The notes under the pieces: generated by a model | The model's database searches: none | Told to the model about the DNA's origin: nothing | Seen by the model: only the letters and a program-made list of their open reading frames with translations | Program-made: the position numbers and the translations under genes | Source of the DNA: Octopus vulgaris | Lineage: Eukaryota | DNA length: 64,000 nt | Reading direction: 5' to 3' | NCBI GenBank assembly: GCA_951406725.2 | Contig: OX597825.1 | Coordinates: 68,138,001 to 68,202,000, forward strand | Shown here: positions 1 through 11,140 of the stretch, piece by piece | Layout: each line of letters starts with the position of its first letter | How positions within the stretch are numbered: the stretch's first letter is position 1

Positions 1-363
1 CGGGGAAACAAGGGGCGGTAAATGGAGTGATGGATAAAAAAAAAAACTTAGTCAGAATATCGATTTGAAGACGGATACAAATTTAGGCTAATTAAGATAT
101 CCTTTTTAAATTAGTCCGGGAAACATTGATGAAACTAATCGGTAGGATGTGTGAGTGAAGTGTTGCAAAGAAAAGAATGTTGTGAAAGTAATAGAGCCTT
201 TTAAATTTTCCTGTTCTCACTCACTATCTATCAGCCTAATTGTCTATCTGTCTGTCTGTCTGTCTCTTGTCTGTCTGCCTGTCTCTCTTTCTCTACGTAA
301 TTATGTAGGATTTTTGTTATGTGAATACGTGTACTAGATAGACATAGATAAAAAAAGGCAGCT

Positions 364-975
364 GGATCTTTTCCTTTTGAACGGCACTTTGTAACATAAT
401 TTCTAGGTGACTAAAAAGTTTTAAACTTTGTATACTGGTAGAATGTGTTTATAAAACATCATTTTTTTCTCTTGGTTTTATTGAGAAAATTCTATAGTTT
501 GTAAGATATATCGTCTGAAATTTCGAGCATTTCGGCAATTTTAACCAATCGATTACCTCCATTGAACTAAAATCATTTGCTGCGTCTAAAACTGAGACAA
601 CATCCTGTCACTAACCCTAAACCTCACCCTAACCCTAAATTTCTTTTCTTAATTGTTAAATTAATTTAATTGTTACGCGTTTTTTTACACGCGTAACAAT
701 TAAATTAATATAACAATTAAGAAAAAAAAATTAGGGTTAGGGTGAGTGACAGGATGTTGTCTCAGTTTTAGACGCAGCAAATGATTTTAGCTCAATTAGA
801 GGCGATTCATTGGTTAAAATTCGAAAAATTAAACTACGTTAAACAAACGAATTACAATTTTTATCAAGAAAGCCAAGAGAAAAAAATGTTTTATTTTGAC
901 ACATTCTACCAGTATACGAAGTTTTAAAGTGTTTAGTTTACTAGAAATTGTGTGCCGTTCAAAAGGAAAAGATCC
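364..975. mobile_element. Foldback (palindromic) MITE of the GGATCTTT-TIR family, with CCCTAA/TTAGGG tracts in its arms
   Basis: TIRs GGATCTTTTCCTTTTGAACGGCAC...GTGCCGTTCAAAAGGAAAAGATCC. The arms are inverted copies over about 300 bp. Flanks aggcagct/aagcagct (7/8-bp TSD). Confidence 0.9.
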
Positions 976-1010
976 AAGCAGCTCATTACTTTCATGTACA
1001 CGCACACATA

Positions 1011-1054
<44 letters not shown>

Positions 1055-1117
1055 TGGAGTTATATAACATTCTGTTGGACCTCCAGTGCGAAACTGTTTG
1101 GTAAGATCGACCGTAAT

Positions 1118-1416
1118 GGATGGCGAGCTGGCAGAAACGTTAGCACGCCGGGCGAAATGCGCAGCCGTATTTTCGTCTTGCGGGTAGTAAAGAAATAAGT
1201 ATTTCGTCGGCTAAACACAGAGGGGACAAACAAGGACAGACAGACGGATTAAGTTGATTATATCGAGCCCAGTGCGTAACTGGTACTTAATTTATCGACC
1301 CTGAAAGGATGAAAGGCAAAGTCGACCTCGGCGGAATTTGAACTCAGAACGTAACGACAGACGAAATACGGCTACGCATTTCGCCCGGCATGCTAACGTT
1401 TCTGCCAGCTCGCTGC
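1118..1416. mobile_element. Two SINE family A copies in opposite orientation (internally deleted + copy, then - copy)
   Basis: Head GGCGAGCTGGCAGAAACGTTAGCACGCCGGGCGAAATGC at about 1122 and its reverse complement ending about 1416. The core GACTTTGCCTTTCATCCTTTC is on the minus strand. Confidence 0.85.
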
Positions 1417-1506
1417 CATTTTATTAACCAAAATAGTGACTACTCTGGTGTAATGGTTTTCTTTCACTGAATAAACACGAAGTGGATGACAAATAAAAAA
1501 ATTTTA

Positions 1507-1995
1507 GGCGAAGTTTCGCTTGTCGTAGCACACGTTTCCGTCGATTTCCTCCGTCGATTTCCGTAAAAAATGTAAACACTGAATCGGCCATACATACATA
1601 CATACATACATACACACACACATACATAGATACATACACACACACATACATACACACACACACATACATAGATACATACACACACACATACATGCAGACA
1701 TACATATACACATACACCGAGTAAAAAATTTCAGTTATCTCTCTCTTTCACACATTACTCTCTCTGTCTCTTCGCACACACTAACAGAAGCACTTCACTT
1801 ACACAACATACTGTCTGTCTCCCACACCCCATCAAACACACACACGGGGACTTCAAAGAGAAATTTCCTCGTCATAAAATCGCTTCCTTTTAGTCTCTTT
1901 CGCTCTCATTACTTATGTAAAAAAATAAAAGTTTTTTACGGAAATCGACGGAGGAAATCGACGGAAAATTGTGCTACGACAAGCGAAACATCGCC
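1507..1995. mobile_element. MITE with ~63-bp TIRs (GGCGA...TCGCC) and an internal (CATA)n/(CA)n tract
   Basis: TIR GGCGAAGTTTCGCTTGTCGTAGCAC...CCGTAAAAAA is mirrored at about 1932-1995. Perfect 8-bp TSD aaatttta. Confidence 0.9.
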
Positions 1996-2149
1996 AAATT
2001 TTAAATAGATATGGTTAGAATGCTTTTTATCACAGATCTGTTCAATCAGAGATAATCAGGGGTTCAACAACAACAATAACAATATGATAAAATTAAATAT
2101 GTCTAACGGCCGTCACTGAAAGTAAATATTTCAATGGCGGAGATCCAAT

Positions 2150-2450
2150 TGGACAACACAGCAAAGGTAGTATATAGAGGGGATATATGCAGCCAGAAAA
2201 CAAGAAATGTAAAGCAGAAATCAAAAGAATGACTGGGCAAGAAAATGGTTTGACAAAATGCCGAACATGTTAATACAAAGAAACATTAATATAGAAACCG
2301 GACAAACATTAAAGCGTTGTGTATGGTCCATTCTGTTCTATGGAGTTGAAATGTGGACATTAGCGAAAGTATCGTCGAATAGATTATGAGCGTTTGAGAT
2401 TCGGATATGTAGAAGACCTTTTGGAATATCACGATCAGAAGATAAAATCA
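2150..2450 (+). mobile_element. Decayed RTE-clade LINE RT fragment
   Basis: Translates in part as VWSILFYGVEMWTL...RL*AFEIRICRRPFGIS, matching the RTE 'LLYGCE.WT...L.AFE.W..RR.L.I' motif. Contains stops. Confidence 0.7.
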
Positions 2451-2454
2451 ATAC

Positions 2455-2840
2455 TCTTTTACTCTCTTTTACTTGTTTCAGTCATTTGACTGCGGCCATG
2501 CTGGAGCACCACCTTTAGTCGAGCAAATCGACCCCGGGACTTATTCTTTGTAAGCCCAGTACTTATTCTATCTGTCTCTTTTTGCCGAACCGCTAATGAC
2601 GGGGACGTAAACACACCAGCATCGGTTGTCAAGCGATGGTGGGGGGACAGACACAGACACACAAACACACACACACACATATATATATACATATATAGGA
2701 CAGGCTTCTTTCAGTTTCCGTCTACCAAATCAACTCACAAGGCTTTGGTCGGCCCGAGGCTATAGTAGAAGACACTTGCCCAAGATGCCACGCAGTGGGA
2801 CTGAACCCAGAACCATGTGGTTGGTTAGCAAGCTACTTAC
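2455..2840 (-). mobile_element. SINE family B (tRNA-like head, internal CA/TA microsatellite, AAGTAAAAGAG tail)
   Basis: The same bipartite sequence recurs at about 3398-3660, 11850-12550, 13870-14540, 29560-29790, 53860-54320 and 55480-55812. Confidence 0.85.
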
Positions 2841-2979
2841 CAGTGGTGAAGTATCTTTTATTTGTTTTCAATCGTGATACTACGCTCATGCTGGAGCACC
2901 ACCTTGAAGGATTTTTAGTCGAATGAATCGAGCCCAGTACTTATATACTTTTTGTTTTAGGCTTAGTACTTATTTTGCT

Positions 2980-3288
2980 GTGGAGGCGCATGACCTAGTG
3001 GTTAGAGCAGCGTACTCATGGTCGAGGGATCGCGGGTTCGAATCTCAGACCGGGCGATGTGTGTGTTTATGAGCGATACGCCTAAGCTCCGCGCGGCTCT
3101 GGCTGAAGGTAATGGCGAACTTCTGCTGACTCGTTCGCCACAACTTTCTCTCACTCTTTCCTCCTGCATCTTGCAGCTCACCTCGACGGACCGGCGTCCC
3201 GTCCAGGTGGAGAATCCTATACGCCAAGGAAACCGGGAAACCGGCCCTTATGAGCCAGGCATGGCTCAAGAAGGAACAAACAACAACA
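2980..3288 (+). mobile_element. SINE family C (tRNA-derived head, CAA tail)
   Basis: A-box-like TGACCTAGTGG and B-box GGTTCGAATC. Other copies at about 33473-33750 (+), 38040-38339 (-) and 42359-42545 (+). Confidence 0.85.
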
Positions 3289-4499
3289 GCTTCTTTTGCT
3301 GAACCGTTAAATTACGGGAGCATAAACACACGCAATCACCGATTGTCAAGCAGCGTAGGGGGACAAACACAGACACAAAGACACATACACACAATATAAG
3401 CCTTGAGTGGATTTGCTAGACGGAAACTGAAAGAAGCCCGTCGTATATATATATATATATGTTTGTGTTTGTTCTCCCACCACCGCTCGACAACAGATGC
3501 TAGTCTGTTTACGTCCCCGTAACTTAGCGGTTCAGCATAAGTGACCGATAGAAAAAGTACTAGGCTTATAGAGAATAAGTCCCGGCGTCGATTCATTCGA
3601 CTAAAGGCGGTGCTCCAGCATAGCCGCAGTCAAATGACTGAAACAAGTAAAAGAATAAAAGTACATTCGCACACACACATGCGCGTTGAAGTGGGGGATA
3701 AATATTACATTTCCGTACTAATACTGCCTCAGTCACTGATATATATTTCTGATATATTCAGCAGTTATGTCTAAATGCCAGTTAGTCAATGTAAGTTACG
3801 GAGTTAATCTGGTCCTGGGTTGAACAATGCCTTATCTTTTCAGCTATTTACTTCTCTATGCACCAAGAATATATGAATATTTTAATGAACCATAACATGT
3901 ATCTGTGTGGGTGGGGGGGGTAATTCAGTGATCTGCTTGTTCTCAATTCTAATCCCGCAGAGAATGAACGATTTTGTGTTCCGATTGATGTAGTTAGAAA
4001 CATTTTACAACTACGTTTCACAAATTATGTCTTTCATGTCCATGTGATAAGAAATATGGCCGCCATTGTAGTCTCCACTCTCTTAAAATTCTCTGTCTTC
4101 GTGTTGATATAAAAAGACGAATTATTGAAAGATTTAGAATGTCATTCGATCAAAGTAATTCCAAATATTACTCCAAGGACATTTCTACCCAACTTCTATT
4201 TAATATTATTTCATATACGACTGAAACAATTTTACCAATTACAAAGATAATGTCTTTTTTTTTTTCTGATAATAATACTGAAGTTATTTGTCGGAGAAAA
4301 TGCGACACCTGACCTCTCTCTCTCTCTCTCTCTCTCGCTCGCTCGCTCTCCTGGTTATTCTTAACACAAATATCTGGTTATTCTGTAGAACTCGAATTTA
4401 TCTCCTTTGTGATCTTCTGTGTATCAACAGAACAGCGAATAAATTTTAATCCTTGGTAGCAGGATAGGCAGAGCTGTATTTTAATATATTGGTTATGTA

Positions 4500-4917
4500 G
4501 AAATCGGCATCGTAGATGGGCAGATTCCTAAAGATTCCGCTCGCGCATTTACAGCAAACAAGGCACAGGGCACAGAGCCAGACTTTAGATCGTGTAGGTG
4601 TATTTTTACCCACTCCGATGTTTACACTCGGCCAGTTATACGTCGCTATGAGTAGAGCAACGGACTCCAGTAATTTGAAAAATAATGTCGACCAAACAGA
4701 AAATATCATCTACAAAGAAGTTTTGTAATCATTTTGATATTATTGAAAGGAATATGATTTATAATTTAAATAAGGAAATTTGTGAACTTTGAATGTATAA
4801 GGGTGAATTAAATTGCTCAAAAGCGTAAAATAGTGTAAACAACTAAAATAAAAGTATATATCTAAATGACATTTTTTTCTTAATACTTTTTTATGTAGTG
4901 GTCGAAGGAAGCACTAG
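4500..4917 (+). mobile_element. Helitron 3' remnant (Pif1-type helicase C-terminus)
   Basis: ORF 4516-4728 reads AQSQTLDRVGVFLPTPMFTLGQLYVAMSR...TENIIYKEVL, the Helitron helicase motif V/VI tail. A possible CTAG end lies near 4917. Confidence 0.8.
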
Positions 4918-5147
4918 CTTTCGTTGGGAGTGATCCACATAACCATTCATGATACAGAGGCTGGGAGCTTATTTTAGTTCGGGAGTGAATCGTCATCACA
5001 TGTTACTTAGTCACAAACACATATCATATAGTTGCATTAGAATGCTGTATCACCAACAATAAATAATATGATTTCTCTAAGACATCACCCAGTAATCTAT
5101 CAAGTCCATTTATATATATTTTTATATATTTCTCAATACATACTGCT

Positions 5148-5495
5148 TTGTGTTGGAGAATACTTTTACGGATTCCATGTACAGCGAGGCTCACCAATGG
5201 AGAAGTTCTTAAGCAGATCAGGCCGGAAATGTCGCTAGAAGCTGGGATCACCAAGCGTAGATTGGCATATTTCGGTCATATTATGCGGAGAAAATCCCTG
5301 GAGAAGGACATCATGCTCGGAATAGTCAGTGGTAAGAGAGGAAGTGGCCGAGCAAGAACCCGCTGGCTTGACACCATCAAGAGTGATACCGAAATGGACA
5401 TAGCCAATCTGAAAGAAGCGGCCCAGGATAGAACTAACTGGAGGACACTGATCCAACGAGTGACCGAGAGTCAAGTTCGACTGAGCGGATAGAGA
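5148..5495 (+). mobile_element. 5'-truncated RTE/BovB-like LINE 3' end
   Basis: CWRILLRIP.TAR.TN.EVL...RLAYFGHIMRR..LEKDIMLG.V.GKRG.GR.RTRWLD...AAQDR..WR, followed by an (AG)n tail. Confidence 0.9.
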
Positions 5496-6444
5496 GAGAC
5501 ATACTTCTGTTATGACTTCCCTCCATTTTATGCCTTCATCGTAAGATGGGTAGTTTTCCTAGTAAGAATAATGTCGTTTGACACGATGAGTGTTCGAGTG
5601 TAACGCTTTTAATAAGCTTTAAACTATGGGACAAATAGGTAACAAAATCAAAGTTTTTAACATATGTAACGAATAGCTTCTTGGATTTTAAGCCAGGATT
5701 CGAAACCGAATCTACATTTTTTACACAACTTCCTTTCCTATTGTTCTCGGCTTTTGCACTAAAAAATTTATGACTCTACTGTCATACTTAGTCAAGTTCT
5801 GTTGTTTAAGTTAATATTCTTGGATTAAATACAGTTCGAGGAAGATAAACCCATTACTTTCCATTGTTCTCTGATCTACATCCAGCTTTCCAATTTATAT
5901 AAATACAATAAACAAGTTCAGTTCTTTCGTCTTTCTTTCGGCACCGACGACGAGGAACTATACAGCTTTTACCCCCTCTGAACTCTCTTATTCTTTCTGT
6001 CTCTCCGTTTGCCACAGGTCTTCTGGCAGTCACTCACAGATGAAGTTAACTACGTACAGAATGGATAACGGAACGGCAAATAATTTGTCTATAACAACAG
6101 CTCTAAAAAACCATTTCAATAAACAATATTTTTCTTCCTCTCATTTATTTTGCTACATATAAATCGTAAAACATAATTGCTGTTAACGAAGTCACAGGGG
6201 AGAGAATTTTATGTGGGGGGCGAAATGATTATTCGATTAAATCGATTCCCATCCCTTAACTTTATTTTATTGTCTACAAAAGGCTGAAAGCCGAAGTTGA
6301 CATTGGAGAGATTTGGGACTCAGAATGTAAAAAGCTGGAATGTTATTGCATAACATATCACATAACATAAAGAATATTATTGCATAACATTTTATCGATG
6401 TTGCAACGATTCTACCAGATTACCGCCTATTTTTTAATAGCGGG

Positions 6445-6883
6445 GGATCTTTTCGGTTTGAACGGCAGTTTTTTCTAGCGGTGTCATATGAAATTGTCAC
6501 CCATAATTATAACCCTAGTATCGATCTGTTGCATTTCAATCTATTTTAGGATTAGGGTTAGTTGGGGTTAGGGTTAGGGTTAGGGTGAGGGGAAGGGTGT
6601 CTTTTTTTCTTCACAAATGTAAATAAACCCAATCTGTTTTTTAAACGAGGGACATATTCATACGGCACAGAATGTTGTTTACCTCAATGGACGTCAGTGA
6701 TTGGTTGAAATTGCAGAAATTGAAGAAGAAAAAACAGCAAATATCTTACAAACTATAGAATTTTCTCAATAAAGCCAAGAGAAAAAGATGTTTTATAAAC
6801 ATATTCTACCAGTATACAAAGTTTAAAATTTTTTAGTTACCTAGAAATTATGTTAAAAACTGCCGTTCAAACCGAAAAGATCC
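6445..6883 (+). mobile_element. GGATCTTT-TIR MITE carrying a (TTAGGG)n tract
   Basis: TIR GGATCTTTTCGGTTTGAACGGCAG. 8-bp TSD atagcggg. TTAGGG tract at about 6546-6597. Confidence 0.95.
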
Positions 6884-6889
6884 ATAGCG

Positions 6890-7590
6890 GGTGGAGCAAA
6901 ATGGATAACTTCTGACTTTATATTTTCCTTCTACCTGTTTGAAACTATTCTTATTGAAAGTATTGCATCATCGTTTTGTACCGTTGCATCATTCCTGAGA
7001 GTGAAAAAATGGTCAACATAGTTGCTGCTGAAGCTGAGAAAGTGTGGAACACAGTCAGGTAACAGATACCTTGTTTACAAGAAATTTTTCTTCAACTTTG
7101 ACCCGATTCTAATTCAGGTTACCAAAACAATATCTGGATAATTTTCGGTGTTTAGCAATCAATATTCTTTTCTCTGTTGGATTCCAAGGCAATTTTTCTC
7201 CCACACTAATGTACAAATTGATAATTTTCAAAAAATGTTGTCTAAAGTGAAACAAAATGAGTAATGACGTATTTCAGTATTTTCTCTTTAACTGCATGGT
7301 GCATAAATATTATCAGGAAGATAGCCACTCCAGCAGATCGTGAAGAAGCTATTGAGAATATTTTACGTAGAGTTTTTAGATTTAGTCAAGTTTCGTCATG
7401 TGCTATTTTTCCAAGATCATCTTTCATTTGACCCAGACATTTTTAGTTTTTGTAGCATTTCTAATTTTTTTTTTATGTCAAAGGATGGATATTGATGTGT
7501 ATGAGTCTTTTTCAGGTGTAATTCTCGAAAACTGAAGTGACAGATTTACCTTGCTTTGTCTTACTCGTTATGCCCCACCTAAATTTCTCT
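6890..7590 (-). mobile_element. Old non-autonomous DNA-transposon-like repeat (second copy at ~27840-28600, opposite strand)
   Basis: 7230-7400 is the diverged reverse complement of 28030-28200. Ends carry GGGGCAAAATGAGTAA-like motifs. Confidence 0.6.
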
Positions 7591-7789
7591 TCTGCATGCT
7601 CAAAGAGAACGGAGATAATTTTTTTTTAAATACAGTTCTGAATATTTTATAATGATTTTAATGAATTTACGAAATGATAGAGAAAGTCATTTACTGAGCT
7701 GATATAGTTTTTGTAAGGTAGTGAACATTTGCCATTTTTATTTTTTATCTCAAAGTCAAAAATGCAGTAAATATTATTCATTGACCTTT

Positions 7790-8170
7790 GGGCGGCGAGC
7801 TGGCTGAATCGTTAGCATGCCGGGCGAAATGCTCAGCGGTATTTCGTCTGCCGCTACGTTCTGAGTTCAAATTCCGCCGAGGTCAACTTTGCCTTTCATC
7901 CTTTCGGGGTCGATTAAATAAGTACCATTTACGCACTGGGGTCGATATAATCGACTTAATCCGTTTGTCTGTCCTTGTTTGTCCTCTCTGTGTTTAGCCC
8001 CTTGTGGGTAGTAAAGAAATAGGTATTTCGTCTACTGTTACGTTCTGAGTTCAAATTCTGCCGAGGTTGTCTTTGCCTTTCATCCTTTCGGGGTCGATAA
8101 AATTTGTACCAGTTACGCACTGGGATCGATGTCCCTTTATCCCTTCTCCCAAATTTGAGGCCTTGTGCTT
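7790..8170 (+). mobile_element. SINE family A, full copy followed by the 3' part of another copy
   Basis: GGCGGCGAGCTGG head through the AAAGAAATA tail, then the sequence resumes at GGTATTTCGTC. Confidence 0.85.
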
Positions 8171-11080
8171 CCACTAGAAAAAGTTATTCATTGTGCTTGG
8201 CAACATGCTGGTGGAATCGTTAGCACACCGGGCAAAATACTTTGCGGCATTTCGTCCGTCTTTATGTTCTAAGTTCAAATTCCACCGAGGTTGACTTTGC
8301 TTTTCATACTTCCGGGGTCGATAAAATAAATACTAGTTGTGCCCCACACTTGCTGACCTTGTACCAAAATTTGAAATCAATATTATTCGTTGCGCCTCAC
8401 TCCCTATGATAAAACAAGTTTGAGTGTTAAACTTTCAATAACTTTGACTATGGAAGGAAATCGAAGACAAATCGAAATGTTTTATGCATCATACTAAGAA
8501 TAAGATCAATTTATAAATCATGGAATTGCCATAGGTCTTTCAAGTTATCTAATAATTATGAAAACTCATTTATCGATATGAAGAAGATGGCATGGTAGAT
8601 ATAGCAGCCCCACATTAAATTATCATGTGTCTCTACATTCTGAGTTCGATTCCTTCTTGGATGAATTTTGCTTTCTGTTTCTCTGACGTCAATAAAATTA
8701 GTATGAATAATGTACTGGATTCAGTCAAGTGTGTCTTTCCATTTAAAATGTGTGTCAACGAAGAGAGATCAATATCTAGCCATACGTTCGATTTTGAGTG
8801 TGTTTGTGTATTAGAATATTCGATATTTTTAGTATTGTATACGTACTTATTAACATGTTGCTTTCGATCGGTACGAAACCAGAGTAATGCTACTGAAGTT
8901 CTAAAGCAGTGTGCTTATGTTCATAGATCACTTAGCTTTTGTGATACGTCTACCATGTCAGTGAATTTGGTTTTGTGCAAGTCTCCTTGCTTTCTCTTCA
9001 GCTTTGAACGGCAGGTAAACATAAACGTCTTGCGTATGACATGAAACCGCATCTCATGGTGAGGTTCCAGTCCAGGAGTTCTGGAGTTGCGGGGAATGGG
9101 GACTCACCCCTTAATTATCATTACTCTTAGATCCGTTCTAACCCAGGACGGTAGTACTTGCCGGGGTCCCGTCTATGAGTTAAATAGATTTTTGTAAGAG
9201 TAGATCGAGCTCCTCAGCTGCGATGAAAGCTATCAATCTAGGAAAAGGAAAACTCCAAAATTAATAGCCACTTCCAACATACTCTAAGATAGCTCGGAAG
9301 AGTATGGCTAATAAAACTAAAATGCGGTGTGTCTAATAACAGATTCTATTATGAAGGCAACTGTTTCCTGTTAGTGTACAATCTACTGCAGGTAGATATA
9401 GTAGGAAAGGATGAAACATAAATACATAGTCAGCCGACAGTGTGAGTCTTCCCTCCCTAGTCCTTTGATTAAATTTAATGGTTATTCCATTAACGAACTT
9501 AAATATCTACCAAAAAATATAGAATTATTTTCTGAAAATCACTTTGCCTCAATAAAATTGACATAGCTCCAAAAAATAGATTCAAACATGACATTTTTCA
9601 ACCAAAGATCGATCGGTATAAAAAACTGTTTTTTACAGTTAAGGGTAATGGAATTTTGAGCGGCCATATTTGGTTTCTGCTGCAAAAGAGCTATAAACAG
9701 TTTCTAGGTAGTACCTCGCCTTGGTGATGCGCGATAACTAGAGTTCTTGCCGTCTCGGACTAAACTTATCAAAGACTCGATGGTGGTTTGCCAGCAGAGG
9801 TGTGACATGTAGATCACTGGTGTGATAGTTAGGGGTCTACTGATGAGCACTAAGATGGGACATTCGTGCTCATCAGCAGACCTATAACCAAGGGTGAAAT
9901 AGTCCCATTTCCTTGTGAGTAATGGATATAGTAAAAAACTAAGTGGAACACACCCTGATAGACCTAAAGGAATAGAGTCTCGTTGGCGATTAGATATGTC
10001 CATTTGGCAATATTTTTTTCTGACAAATCTTGCAACCAAACTAGTACAGTTTGACTCTCCTCTAAACTACACCGGTGAGGTTGAGAGAGCGGTCTTGAGA
10101 TATGGGCAACCCAAGACCCCTCATAGAACTACCCACGTTCTTCTTTATCTTCGTTCCTCTTTCTTTCTCCCGGTGTTTCTTTTTTCCTCTCCTTTCTCAC
10201 TACAGACACTTAGCTATATCTTTGAGGATCTAGGCACAACACGACAAGCAAAAGTTGCGGGTTATAAGTCCTGTCTTAAATTGTACAGAGAAGAGGTATC
10301 ATGGATTGTCTGTATCGGTAGTGTGAGCCACTGTCTCTCCACTGATCAACAACCACCTATCTTCGTGTAGGCGGCTCCAGTTAGTAATGTGTTAATCCAC
10401 CACTGTCTGGCTACTTCTTTAGATGTAAGAGATTTAAGTGTTTTGTATTTGACAAATAGATTCAAAAATAACGCATCAAACAATGTTTGGAAAATTCCAA
10501 AGACGTTTCTAGCGTTTCGTGTAGCAAACTAAAATACGAGAGCTAAGACATCAGGATTGGCCGATGATCTGAAACTAATCAATAATAGACGCAATCATCT
10601 GTTATTGATGCTGATCTCGCAAGATAAAACGTGGACATTACCAAAATGTATTAGCAGCCGACAGGATAGTAGATTTTCTTCTAGAAATAAAAGAGATGAG
10701 ATGACAGACAAGAACACGACTTCGGGTTCGCAGTAAAGACATCTTTCTTACCAATGACAGACATACTTACTGTGGTACTTGAATGGCTGCTAAATCGCCA
10801 TCTGAATTCCAACATCGTTCCTGTAAGCCTTATTACTACCTGTAACTCCACACTAAACTCTAGTGTCAAAGCGCATGGCCTGTTTTATAATGAGGGAGAA
10901 AGGGAGAGTTTAGTCCTCTATCGCAATTATTGGACTTCAACCATCTCTTTTGTCGAATTTTCTGTTTTATTCCATTTGGGGCTCGAAACGAGGATGTTTT
11001 TCTTTATGCACTATTCTGGGATGACTTTTTTATTTGTGTTGCGATGTTCGAATCCTGGAAGTGATGTTAATTTTTTTTCA

Positions 11081-11140
<60 letters not shown>

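Noticed and set aside
2980-3055. tRNA gene
   Set aside because: A and B boxes are present but there is no closed acceptor stem, and the sequence continues into a multi-copy SINE body.
9030-10870. ORFs 9704-10039 and 9915-10370 as genes
   Set aside because: No recognisable domain. The region looks like old LINE UTR/RT debris (e.g. LADDLKL near 10560) but is too decayed to classify.
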